Positions 28,238 to 41,416 of a stretch of 64,000 bases of DNA are shown here, in pieces. The position numbers and the translations under genes were made by a program. The DNA lies in contig NW_024704743.1 of NCBI RefSeq assembly GCF_018977255.1, positions 32,986,001 through 33,050,000 of the forward strand, given 5' to 3'. Every line of letters begins with the position of its first letter. The stretch's first letter is position 1. Source of the stretch: Callorhinchus milii. Taxonomy: Eukaryota. The notes below the pieces were generated by a model. That model was given only the letters and a program-made list of their open reading frames with translations, searched no databases and was not told the DNA's origin.

Positions 28238-28269
28238 ACTGATCGCCAGCCAAGTGTCTTCTCTTTATA
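28238..28269 (-). promoter_or_regulatory. Candidate internal core promoter (TATA box + Inr)
   Basis: Minus-strand TATAAAG at 28269-28263 and Inr-like TCAGT whose A is at 28240, 29 nt downstream of the first T of the TATA box. Confidence 0.5.
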
Positions 28270-28821
28270 GGAGAGTCACCCTGGTCTGCTCATAAGTATC
28301 GTAACATGCAAAATAATGAAATCTATTCTAAAGGGCAACCTGGATGAGAAATAACAGCTGAAGCTGAAAATTGGGAAGTGTTACACATACACAAATTATT
28401 TTAGGTGCGTGCATTATTACAAAGTACACAATTTTATTCAAATAGTGAGTGCTGTAGAGATCTGCTCAAATCAGTACACAGTGAAAGTGTGAGAGACAAA
28501 CAGAATAAATCCCGAGAGCAAAAAACACAGATCCATATAAATTTATGGCACAGGAGAAGGCCATTTGGTCCATCGAATCAGTCGGCTCTCTTGAGAGCAA
28601 TTCTATTTACCTGCCCTCTCCCCAAACTCCTGTAGCTGACTCTTTTTAAGGTATTTGCCTAGTTACCTCTTGAAGACCAATATGGAATCTGCCTCAACCA
28701 CCACTCTGCCAGAACATACCATATCCTAACTACTCAACAGTGACAAACCTTGTAATAAACCAAGTAATATTCTGAAACCTTGATTGTGCCATTATAATGA
28801 TGACATCTCAAAGTACTTCTC

Positions 28822-29248
28822 GAACTCAAGATCCTCATCCTGACCTACAAGGCCATTCACGGCCTTGCTCCCTCCTACCTTTCCGACCTACTATCCCCCT
28901 ACCTACCTGCCCGTACCCTCCATTCCTCTGGCTCCGGTCTGCTCCACATCCCCCGCCCCAACCTCCCTACCATCGGTGGCCGGGCCTTCAGCCTCTCAGC
29001 CCCTAGGCTCTGGAACTCTATCCCCCAATGCCTTCGCCTTACCTCTCCCTTTCCTCCTTCAAGGCCGGTCTCAAGACCTTTCTCTTTGACCGTGCCTTCA
29101 GCTCCCCTCTCGACTCTCTACCCCCTCCCTTCCCTCCCCTCACCCTGACCATTTCCCCCCCTGCTCGGGTCCTGACCCAACTGTACAGCGCCTTGGGACG
29201 TCCTCCCGACGTGAAAGGCGCTCTATAAATGGAATCTTGTTGCTGTTG
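28822..29248 (+). mobile_element. Young L2 3' fragment nested in a SINE
   Basis: Near-identical to the matching part of the copy at 30358-30857; flanked by TTCTC direct repeats. Confidence 0.9.
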
Positions 29249-29526
29249 TTCTCAGAATATACTGTACAGTGAATTGACTGAATATTTTGTAGGCGAAACA
29301 CGGTGGCCAATTGCACATAGCAGTGTCCGACAAACTGAGTGACCAAATTATTATTTATTTATTTATTTTTGAAGGGATTATTACCCTTGGAAAGCAATCC
29401 GTCAATCAACTAACAACTGGGTTCCTACTTACTGTTAGGTAAACAGAGGCGTGTGGAGTAAGGAAACTTGCCTAAGGTTTTGACCTGCCCAGGGGTTGTA
29501 TCTGGGTATTCCCGCTTGCGAGGCGA
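29249..29526 (-). mobile_element. SINE (long form), split by an L2 insertion
   Basis: Continues the SINE tail fragment at 28802-28821. Confidence 0.8.
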
Positions 29527-30357
29527 GAAGTTATTGATGAGCAAAACACAAATTGGGGCTGATCTCAATTACTGTATAACACATTACTGTGATACTCACC
29601 TCTCTGACTGAGCTAATGATCCATAGAAAGGAAATAACATTTAAAATATATTTTCTTTAAATAAGTAGCATAGAATCTTTTGCAGCTCACATTACAAAAA
29701 CAGTTAAGTTATTTTGTAGGCTAAATTATGAAGAGTAATCTTATTGGGTGCCTTATTGAATTTGAACTCCCTCGATATCCACATCACACCAGTAGCAAAC
29801 CTCAGCAACAATCTTTTCAACCATATTTTCGTCATTAAATATTCTTAAAAGAACTCTTGCTTTTACCAAAACTAGATAACTTCAGTACAACGCGCAGTAC
29901 ATCAGGAAAACACCAGTTTGTAGCACATGGGGCAGGGGAAGAAATATGTTCGGTCCTCGAGGCTAGTGATCTTTCTGAATTTGCGACATTGGTGGAAGAG
30001 ATTAACATTTTATCTGATTAGCATTTGACGATGAAATGTCATTGTATTTCTTAAAAGAATAACAATTCTGTGTAGCTGAATAGCGAGGGCAGGTATCTCA
30101 TGACAAATAGATCCCTCATTACTTAATGCAATGAGTATCTAAGCCTAAGGCACTCATCACAAACTTTTAAACTTTGTTGCGCAATTCATGCACTGAGCAT
30201 TTAATAGTATGGCTTCATATTGTAGGTAAAATTAATAACACTTAATTAAAAAAAACTTAGGATCTGCATTGCATGCAGTTGGAATATTCTAGAGCTGAAG
30301 ATTTTGGAAAGTTTAAGCAAGAAAGGGAAATGTGTTGAAATTTTGAGGCACCATCAA

Positions 30358-30857
30358 TCGTGACCACATCACTCCCACCCTCGCTCGCCTCCACTGGCTC
30401 CCCATCCCCCAGAGGATCGAATTCAAGATGCTCATCCTCACCTACAAGGCCATTCACGGCCTTGCTCCCTCCTACCTCTCTGATCTACTATCCCCCTACC
30501 TACCTGCCCGTACCCTCCGTTCCTCTGGCTCCGGTTTGCTCCACATCCCCCGCCCCAACCGCCCTACCATCGGTGGCCGGGCCTTCAGCCTCTCAGCCCA
30601 GAGGCTCTGGAACTCCATCCCCCAGTGCCTTCGCCGCCTCCTCCCTTTCCTCCTTCAAGGCCGGTCTCAAGACCTTTCTCTTTGACCGTGCCTTCAGCTC
30701 CCCTCTCGACTCTCTACCCCCTCCTCGCTCCCTCCCTTCCCTCCCCTCACCCTGACCATTTCCCCCCAATGCTCGGGTCCTGACCCAACTCTACAGCGCC
30801 TTGGGACATCCTCCCGACGTGAAAGGCGCTCTATAAATGGAATCTTGTTGTTGTTGT
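30358..30857 (+). mobile_element. Young L2 3' fragment
   Basis: Translates to LARLHWLPIPQRIEFKML...GGRAFSLSA; stem-loop tail with (TTG)n. Confidence 0.9.
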
Positions 30858-33721
30858 ACTTTGATTTTGGGGGTACTTTTTAATGAAAACCCTTGCAGAT
30901 TAGAGTCAAGCAAATATGTCAGCTCGTTTCTTACTATGAATTCCATACCCACACGGAACTTGACAGACTGACAAATTAATTTTGTCAAACACTTCAAGTT
31001 GCCAAAAAAGGGAAGACTTTCATCTTATGAGCTGGATTCAAACAAGTCTCTGAGATGAAAGGGTAGCAGTGTTCTGAGATACTTTCCAGCCCCCAACAAT
31101 CAGCAAGTAGGATAGCATGAGACAACTTCATGGAGTTACTGGAGTGATAAATTTGTAGTTAATTAAAATGTGAGCAAATGTTCACCCAAATTCCCCCACA
31201 TGAGGTGTTAATGGAAAAATAACTCAGGATAATCATTTAAGTAGTCAAAAGTTCCTGAGCTAAGCAGGGAAATATTAAATAATTAAAAAGCCCTGAATTT
31301 GAAAACAATTTTTGCTCTGTAAATGAGTTAGCATAAGGTTTGCTATAGGAAGTCCTTCGGTTACTATGGCAACAAGTGCACAATTACGAATGTAGATTCC
31401 AGCTCGCTTTATATTCAAAGTAAACAAATCAATGGACAGAAAGGTCTCATTAGCTCTGAAAATCCAACTTAAGTTCAAGTACAGATTCTTCATAAACATT
31501 CTGTTCACTGGCGTTGTTCCAGTAATAGCACTACAATGAACTGAGCCAGTCATACTGATCAATTTAAACAGTATTCAAAGTAATCAGAACCAATTAAGTA
31601 GACATGCTTAGGAAAGGCAGAAGAATGTTAATGAAGAATAAACGGAGTTTCTGTGTATAGTATCCAATGCACACTGGTACAGTAACAGCAACATGGGTAC
31701 ACAAAGGGAAAAGGTACTCGGGTTTAATAATTGATAGATCAATGAAAATTTCCAGCAATAAAAAGCTACATCAATACTAGGTGGTACCTCAAGGTTATTC
31801 AAAAAACAAAGCCAAAGGAAATTATTCTAATCTTTAATAGACTGCTGAGCCAGTTTGGGCATCTACCTTCAAAAAGCCATTAATACAATAGAGATGGTGG
31901 AAGGATATGAATTAACTATGACAAATGAAACTCTTAAGAATTACATTATCAAATTTTCCACAGAACTCGGTGGTCTAATTTGGGCACATTCAGGAAGAGG
32001 TTTACTCACTGAGGAATGAGTAACTCATAGCAATCTTTGCACCAATGTTTACTAATATTGGTTTAGCTCCCTTAAACCAATTATTTGATTCAGTAACTCT
32101 TCACAGAATAGCCACTCTGATGTTACTGATCATTTAACAACTGCCGTTTGCTTGTTGGTCCTTTTTTATGCTTTAGCTGATTTGGGATTTGCTGGCCGTG
32201 AATTTCACAATCCAGTAGTCAGAAAATGGAAGTTACAATTAACACAATCATTCAAAAATATCTTTTGGACCCCAATATATATATTTTAAAAATTGCAGAA
32301 AAAGATCCATTTTATTTTGAGGTAACGTTGTTTGAGATTTACAAGAGTTTGACTCACTAATGATTTGAAGTCTCTCATCGGAGATAACCCTTTGAAGACT
32401 GATTGTTGTCCCATTGCATTGTCAAATTGCGGTGTATTTTGGGCTCCTGTTTATGTACAAATAAGCTGTAGCAGTCAACAAAGGATTAAACCTTTAACCC
32501 AATTAATTAAGTACATATTTGCAAGAATGTAGCTTTTGTAAACTGATCTACGTCTGCAAAGCAGAGCAGTGTACTAAAATCCAAAGGGCTAAACTAGCAC
32601 CAGTCTGTTAGCTAATTTAACTGACCATGAGAAGGAAAACGAGACAGTCCTTTTCATCTGACACTAGAAATGATTCACTCACCGAACTCATCTGTATCAG
32701 TTTAACAGATTGTACTTCAAATAAACTTTCACGTAACACTGATGAGAGGTACATTTCATTCGATCTGTATTCAATGTCAGTTTACCAAAGCTCATCAGAT
32801 CTTCAGTCTGACAACAATATGTGATGAGAGGGTATGGAGGGAAGAGAGAATAGGATGAAGAAACTTGGTCCCATTTGCACTTAGCTAAGTTAATTCAGAT
32901 TCCAGTCCTATACCTTGGAGGCAACCAAAGTTGTCCTCAGTAATTAACTGGCGGTTCAATTGATTTTCTCTCTCCCAAGACGATCAACAGCAGGGAAGTG
33001 CCACAAGGTATGAGGAAGGGATGTTCTGCAAATGAGCTGAAGGGGAATGAATGGAAAGAGAAAGTGGATAGCTTAGCAGTAAATGCTACACTGTGACCAA
33101 CTTGGATATGGTCTTGTGGGTAACATCTAAAGAATTCACAGCTCGGATATATACCAAAAACGATGGTGCGGTGAGAAACCACAACCCTGAACAAGTCTGA
33201 GTACTAAGACATTTCCATAAAAGGGGACCTTTTTCCCAGTGTTCTGGTCAACAATCCTCCAGTTAAATTGATCCTTCACCTCCTGGTTATTTGTAGGACA
33301 TTGCTGTGCACAAATTAGATGCTGCCTTCACCCACAAACACACAAAACACTTGACAGTAATTACTGTGAAGCTCTTTGAGACATTGACCTAAATTAGGGT
33401 GCAATATCAAATGCAAAGATATTTTTATTACAATAGTTATGAAATAGTTCTGGTGTAAACATAATTGATTTAACATAAATCAATCTGATAGTTAAATAAT
33501 AGGCCACAATGTACAAGTCGTACCAGTGGCCTTAAAGCATTATTTCCTGACCATCGTATTAAAGTTTAAGAAAATAAGAATCTTTGTAAAATTTCTAAAT
33601 TCAGTCTTAATTTGGAAGCCACATTTGACACAATTCTCAAAAGACCTGCGGCAAACAAGCTTCCAAAGTAATATTGAATTTAGGGTGAACTTTCTAAAAT
33701 TTGCACAATCTTACATTTTGT

Positions 33722-34076
33722 GGAGTTCTGAAGCTCAGTAGTTAGAATACTCGCCTTGCAAGCGAGAGACCTGGGTTCGATTCTCAGCAGGGTAAAATGC
33801 TGGGCAAGGTTCCTTACTCCACATGCCTCTGTTTACCTAGCAGTAAGTAGGAACCCGGATGTTAGTCAATTGGCGGATCGCTTTTCCGGGGGTAAAAAAA
33901 ATAAATTGGTCACTTCAATCCACGACTGTTTATGGGGCACTGCTGTGCACAATTGGCTGCCACATTTCGCTCACAAAATATACGGTCAATTCACTTTACA
34001 GTATATTCTGTGAAGCGCTTTGAGATGTCGCGAAGACGTGACAAAGTGCTATATCAAATGCAAAGATTATTATTAT
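33722..34076 (+). mobile_element. Full-length SINE (long form)
   Basis: tRNA head, extra segment ctctgtttacctagcagtaagtaggaaccc..., body and tail. Confidence 0.9.
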
Positions 34077-37000
34077 ATAATTATTTTAAGATCTTTGTCC
34101 TTAAGTTCAAATCCCTTAAGGCCTCACCTCATACTACCTCTGAAACCTTCTGCAACCTACCTCGCTTTTTCTCTCTCCCTACCTTTAAAATCCACCTTAA
34201 GATCCATCTCTTTAACCTTAAGATCTTGCTCTCATTCATTTTCCTTCTGGCTCACGGAGCGTAAAGCAGCTCCCGAGCAGTTATAATAATAATAATAATC
34301 CTTGCATTTGATATAGCGCTTTTCACGTGGGGAGGACGTCCCAAAGTGCTTCACATTAAAATGCAAGCATAATAATCACTTGCCTATGAAATCTGGAAAT
34401 ATTGTTCCATATAGCTTTTATGTATCAAAAACACAAAAGAAGAAAACAGCTGAATGAAATTTTAAATCTCTGCTCCGCAGTGTTGCCTGGCCTCTTGGAT
34501 TGCCAGCGCCACCCAAAGCTGGAGATAAAAAGCAAAGCTCAGAATGGCAAACATTTGAAATGAAAACAAGAGATGCCAGGAATCTGCAGGTTAAACTACA
34601 TTCTTTATCTTTCACATTCAGAAGCTATTTGACCCATTGTGCATTTCCAGCATCTTGTAAACAAAAATGAACAACATTAGCTTTTGAAAGTTAAAACCAG
34701 TGGTGTGATTATTTGGGTCCACCGCAACCTTTAAATTCCAATTATGCAGTGGCAAGAGTTAATGTTGATATGAATTAGTCTCAAAGGTGTATAGCATTTG
34801 TGTTTCTTCATGAGGTCACATCAGGCAAGCCACAGGCTCCTTTATTAAGCAAAATGTAGACGCTCAGATAAGAAAACTGATGCTGCAAATTAGATGTCAC
34901 CTCACTAAAACAAAGGTCAGAGTAGAAGTCGAAGTCTTTATGGATTTATGTTCTTGACCTTGATATGCTCAGCTTATTCCCCCATTCAGCTGTAATCAGA
35001 TCATCCTGTTGGCTCCATGAAATGATCTCCCGCACAGAAATTCATCACCAGTCAATTTGGAAGAACATAATCTGCATCTAACAGACTGGTTAAGGGGTCT
35101 AAAATTCTTAATATCACAGTCACTTAACACACACAAGGCAGCATTGCACTTACACCATCAGAACCCAATAGCTATAGGCTGAGGAATCACTTGAATTGAA
35201 CACAAACCACTTGAGTAAGGAGGTAAAGGCTGTCCTAATTACTACTTGACACTTTGGTTGCTTGTGGATATCAACTACACACGGAGGCTAGACCATGACC
35301 TTTGAACACACTCGCTGATACACCTTATATAGTATAATCCAGTGTTCAGAAGAAATTTCACCCTCCATAATGAAAATACCAGCTTCCCATTTCTATAAGA
35401 GTCACCGGGAGTAGAATATCCCTGAGTAATGCAATTACATGTATGGAGTACTGTAAGCCAAAATGTTGTAATGCAATGTATAGGAAATCTTTTATACAAT
35501 AGATACATGTATATATCTAAGCACAATAATTTGGCACATGATCCAGCACTAATCTAACACTTATTTACTTACACAAATACACAAATTTACTGGAGCATAT
35601 TTAAATTCACATCACAACTCTGTACAATTCCTGATATCGACTGTGTTATTAAACAGAGGCACCAAGCAAAGTCTTGGCACTCATCCACAACAGGCTGCCA
35701 AAGTTTTCATGTTCAGCTTTGAAATGTTTCCAATCCCTTCCAATGTGAACCTAGCAACTTCTCTCTTGCCATTGTCTGCATTTTTGCTCAATTAATGCTT
35801 TCGCCACAAAGTACAGTAGCGCATATGATTCAGATGAGACTTTAAACTGAAATCCCTTTGGCTTGTTCTTCGGGTGCATGATAAAAATCTGGTGAAACTA
35901 TCTGAAAAGGGAAGGGAGCTTCTCCTGGTGTTCCGGCCAACACTCTTCCAAATGACCTGGAACCCACTTCATAGCGGTTCTGGGGCTTTATTATGTGTTA
36001 AGCGCTCCGAGACGCAGTCCAGCATGAAGGGTGCTATATAAATGCAAGTTGTTGTGTTATAACAGCTGCCATGTTTGTCTACAAATAGTCACGTCCATAA
36101 CGATTTCATGTGAAGTGCTCAGATATTTTGACATACTGGGTACTATATCACCTATATATCACTTAGGTGGTATATACAGTGAACTCCTGAAAATAAAACT
36201 CTGCCTTATAGAATCATGCTGTCAATATCCCAGCTAATTTCCATGCAAAATGTGAATAAAGGACCCCTTTTTATGTCATCACTTTAATTCCCAGATGTAA
36301 ACAGCACTGCTATCTGCATTTACAAAAGGGGACAGAATGTAAATCACTAATAACTAGTTAGATACCATTAGGTCAGGTTTATACACAATTTATATTATGG
36401 AATTATAGAATGTTACAGCACAGAAACAGGTCATACGTTAGCCATCTCACTCTTCTGCACATTTCCCCATATTTTTTAATATCCTCCTCTACAAGGAAAC
36501 ATCAATTTCCTTTTTAAAATAATTTATGAACTCTATTTCAGAGATGACTACTTAATTACTATAAAACTTCCTATAAACACGCACTTCATGAGCTTCAAAT
36601 GGGTATATTTCTGAGTAGCTCATCACCTGGTGTATGGCTTTCTTCCGCTTATTGAATATCATGATACTTGGAGGTACAGAAAAGATGCATTTGAACGGCT
36701 CAAAAAAATTCAAGAAGAGATTTAATATTTAAGAAACTACAGAAGTATTGCATTGCAAAATGCAGCTGCATCAAAAATGCAGTTTTCACATATGAATATC
36801 AGAGTGCCTTTAGCATTACGATTTCCCAGTATTCAGATGGCAGGTTGGAAACTGCTTTGTGATTCAGTGACTGTCCTCTGGCAGCCAGGAATAATGGATT
36901 AAAAATATGATTAAACTGAAATCAGTCCCTTTTCTACTATTGCTTGGTTGAAAAGCATTTTAAACATCGGCACAGGAAACTTAATTCATTCAAATTCACC

Positions 37001-38059
37001 AACCCGACTGGAAGAAAAAGCTGAGTGCAGCATCACACATAAAGATGGGCTCACACAATGCTTGTTTTGCAGCTTGGTACAGATCCATGTTTATATTTTC
37101 TTACTTTAGTTTTTGTGGATGTTTAGAACAATTTTAATGAGGGATTATTTCTCTGCCAATTTTCAACCCTTCTCTTGACTACTTGTTTTTCTTCTACTGT
37201 GGTTCCAATGATACCAGTCGACCCTCACAGTGAGCTCCTGCCCTCTACATTGCTCAAGTGGTTACTATTTACACAATAAGAATGCATTTGATATAGTGCT
37301 TTACTACAGCTGAAATGTCTCAAAAAGTGCTTTACAGGATTCTACTGTAAAGTGTAGTGACTGTGTATTGAAGGCAAAAGCAGCAGCTAACTTGCGCATA
37401 ATATCCCACAATTAACCATGACGTTAATGACCAATTTTATCTTTTGGCAAGTCACCTGTTAGCAGCTATTTTTGTAGACCTAAGGGAACTCTTAATGCAC
37501 TCCAATTTTTATAATAAATCAAGACACTAAATGCAAAAGCAAAAACTAGGAAGAAATTAAAAAAGATGTGGAAGCTATTACTGGTGATTTATTAAAATTA
37601 GTTGTACACTGTTCAAAGGCATCCCAATTTAATTAAAAGCAGCAGCTTGCAACTTGTATTGTGTAATGGATTATTGGAATGAATATTACAGAAATCAACA
37701 ATTCCCTCAGTGGTATTCATTTTCATATTACAAACCTATGGATAGNAAAAAAACATTCCAACACAATATTGAGATGCTTATCTATTCTGTCAAGAATTGC
37801 TACATCATGTCTCATAAATAAAATTATTTGTCCTGGTTATTTCTGCTAACTCTGGCTGCTCTGTAACACAATAAATAAATATACTTTACAAAATCCTCAA
37901 TAAGTTCCAACGCTACTGACCGAAAAAATCTAATAAGCAGATAAGCACTACAGTACTGTTGGAGTCGAAGTCCTAATGACCCCTGTCGTATCAGGAGCAT
38001 GCAATGACAGCCACTTAAACAAGTGAAGCTGAAAGATAAGCACTGAAAAGTCAAGAGAT

Positions 38060-38400
38060 TAAGAACATAATATAAGAATTGCTAGACAAAAGAAGACCAA
38101 GATCCATCCAGTTCGCCTTTCACCATCCTGGCAGTCACATGCACGTGGCATGTCCCAAAATACGTACTGTATCGCGAGATATTATTTCCCAACAGAAATC
38201 TATCCAATTTCCTTCTGAAAGAATCAACACTTTCTGTTTTCACCATCTCCCTCGGGAGCCTGTTCCATACATTACTACTCGCTCATTGAAATAGGGTTTC
38301 CGCAGATTTGTTTTGAATTTACCCCCCTTCAATCGCAGGCCATGTCCTCTAGTTCTACTGTTCTGTACAAGATAAAACAGCTTATCATGATCTACACGTT
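38060..38400 (-). mobile_element. CR1-like LINE 3' fragment
   Basis: aagaacataa...ccatccagt...ctgttcca...catgtcctctagttcta, typical of a CR1 3' end in reverse. Confidence 0.65.
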
Positions 38401-40008
38401 ATCCAGTAGTTATTCCTTGGCACTAAGTTTTCTCCTGTATGACCGAGATGGGAACCACTTCCTAATGTTAACTGTCTGTCACAACCCGGAGTGGGATCAG
38501 AGCAGAGGTTGAGGAGACTCCCTCAGCGGGAGCAGATAGGCTGCACCAATGAAGATGACACAACGATCTGAACAGACACTGAGGGCTTGATAAACTGATG
38601 CACTCTGTGAACACAATGAGCCACATGGTCTTCTATGTTATAAATTTCAATCCTCAAGGATCCAGATTCTTTCTCCCAGATCAACTGAACTAGCTCAAAA
38701 TATTGTTTAATTGGTACATTTGTTTTTACATTTATGCTGGAAGTGTAAACCAATAAATCACTGGGACATTATGTCTGATGGAATCAAACTTGGACATTTT
38801 TGCAGTCAGAAAAGTGTAGCAGTGAAGTAGTTGAGCACAGCAGTCATTGTTAATACTTTGGAGCAACTTGACAAAGTGCAATAATGGAAGAGGCAACTCA
38901 CATTTCAGTGGGAAAAAACTATGACATTTAAAGTTGATTTTAAAATTGAGAGTCAACATCTGCCAGTGGCCAGCAACTAAGAACAACCCAAGTGACGTAG
39001 ACACTGGCCTGGCACAGTGACTATAAACACGTGAATGCAGCAAACAAAACATCACTAAGTTCACAACAAGCTGTTGAACTTGAACTACAGGATTGTCACA
39101 CAACTAAAAAATAACTAAAAATGAGACCAAATCATTCATAAAACAAAATATTATAAGACTGTGTAACAGTTTTGACCAATTATAATAGGAATGATAGTTT
39201 TTTGCTATTTATAAAAGCCAACTGTACTTTGTGTGATCTTTGACAAATATTTCACTAATCTGCAACCATTCCAAAACATTTGGATTGGTTCCCAATCAAA
39301 ACTCCCTGATGTGCTCGTATGAATGGCACGAACAACTTCCCTTGTCCACTGTTTGCTTGCAGTAAAAACAAAGCACATCAGCATTTCAATGGCTAGACTG
39401 TTTTCCATGGTTTAATTTAGATGAAGAGTTAAAACTGAGGTTTGAAGCAGTCATTTTCCTTGTGGTTCACAGAGTAATGGAATATACACAGTATATATAG
39501 GCATGTGTGAATGTGCTGGTGTTTGCACACACTACTGGAATCATCTACGCTAATCCCGTTCTCACTCCCGCCAACCCCCCCCCCCCCCCACCCCCATAGT
39601 TCTTCAAATATTTATGCAATTCACTTCTGAATGATGATGTTCATAAGCGGTCTTTCTGAGCTGGACTCAACTTCAACCCCCTTTAACCCATAGTACAAAA
39701 CATTTCTTGTAAACTCCCCTCTATTTTGTTGCGATGATAGCCCTGGATGCATTTTACCCCTGCAATCTCACCAGTGTCTTATATAAATTTTAACATTCCC
39801 TCCTTGCTATGCAAAGTGCATTAGCTGTCATGAATGTATATGAAAGCACAGCTTCCAGCAGCAACTCATATCAACACCAGCAGCTGTATGACCACCATCT
39901 GCTACTGCAACTATGAATAATTTGAAGAAGCTATTTTAAGGAAATATGGAGAGCTTTATGATTTACAGTTAAGAGGAAAAATAGAGAGAATCTGATTGCG
40001 TTACTTAC

Positions 40009-40077
40009 TTTTCTAAAGCAACAGCAATATCCTGGAATCCCTGTGCAGTTATGTTATTCTTGTCCCATATTACAGTC
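40009..40077 (-). CDS. CARMIL1: CARMIL1 exon (last LRR region): TVIWDKNNITAQGFQDIAVALE(K)
   Basis: ttcaacag acceptor, gtaagt donor, 69 nt, phase 2/2. Confidence 0.95.
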
Positions 40078-41007
40078 CTGTTGAAAGAAATTAATCACAT
40101 TACACATTTTTGAATGAAACAATTAAAAATCCTGTCGATGTAAAATGAAACTCCGGGGAAAACAAGCATGGAAATCGGAATCAGCTATTAATATTCTGAT
40201 CTAAAATAGTAACTGTAAGACATCCCACAACAAGGCAAGCTGACAGCCCAATCAACAGGATTATACAAAGCCATTAAAAGAAACCTGAGTGTCTTAGGAT
40301 TCCACTAATATATGGAAAAGGATAAATACACCATGTTATGACAAAGGACTATATTTCTATATCCAAATGGTAAAACTATGTACAGGAATCATTTCCAAGC
40401 ATTACACAACCAATGAAAAGATTTGAGGCTTGCAATGCTTTGTCATACTGATAGATTGTAATTTAAATAAGAATTAAAGCCAACATTGTCTAAATGGCTT
40501 CCTACGTGGTTCAGGTCAACAAAGTAGTCACTAGAATTATCAGATAAAGAACTGGGGTTATGTTCCTGATTGCACTAGTTATTTAAATTGAAACAATTGT
40601 CATGAATAGGAGCTGATGCATGGGACACCGCATTACGGTTGAGTGATAAACAAGGCCAATAGAAAATTGCAGAAATATTTCACAAATATTGCGGGGAAAT
40701 TTAACAAATTTTACGGAAAATTGTGGGGGGTTGATTGGTGCTACTGAGAGGTACATTTTACTGCTAACCTACATTTTTTCACTTTACTGATAAAAATTAA
40801 AGATGAATAACACATATTAGATTGTTGCAAAGAATAATATGAATGCTTTCTTTAACAAAGTAAACTGAGTAGTCCACTTGGGGATGGGGGAACACCAGCA
40901 TAGGCCCAAAGGGCCTGGAGATCCTCCAGAAAACAGCATTGCTCGACAAGACTGGGGCGGGTGCTACAGGAGGTCACCACTTCCGGCCACTTAGGGCCCC
41001 GGCACTG

Positions 41008-41100
41008 CACACAGACATAGAGACAGAAACACAGAGAGAGACACACACACAGACACAGAGAGAGAAAGACACACACTCACAGACAGAGAGAGAAAGACAC
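41008..41100. repeat. (AC)/(AG) compound microsatellite
   Basis: Directly visible. Confidence 0.85.
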
Positions 41101-41416
41101 GCACTCATAGACATATTATATTATATAAAACGTGGAATGCAATACCACAAAGCGCTGTTGAAGCAAAGTCTACAACAGCATTGAAAAGGGAGATGGATAA
41201 CTAAATGAGAAAATATATTACAGGGTGTAAGGAAGCACAAAGCATTTCCGATTCCAGGTGAACCACAGGCAATGTACATACTCTGGTGATATAGCAACAG
41301 ATAACAGCCTTGCTCTCTGGTGATCTTTGTGAGAAGTCAGCCAATAGGTATGCAACAAATCCCAGCCATGCTTGGTCAGCATGGTTTCATAGGTCCTGCA
41401 GGATTGGGGAAGCTCA

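Noticed and set aside
34545..34660. Possible second Penelope-type terminal fragment
   Set aside because: Too degenerate; no hammerhead core or clear inverted arms are visible.
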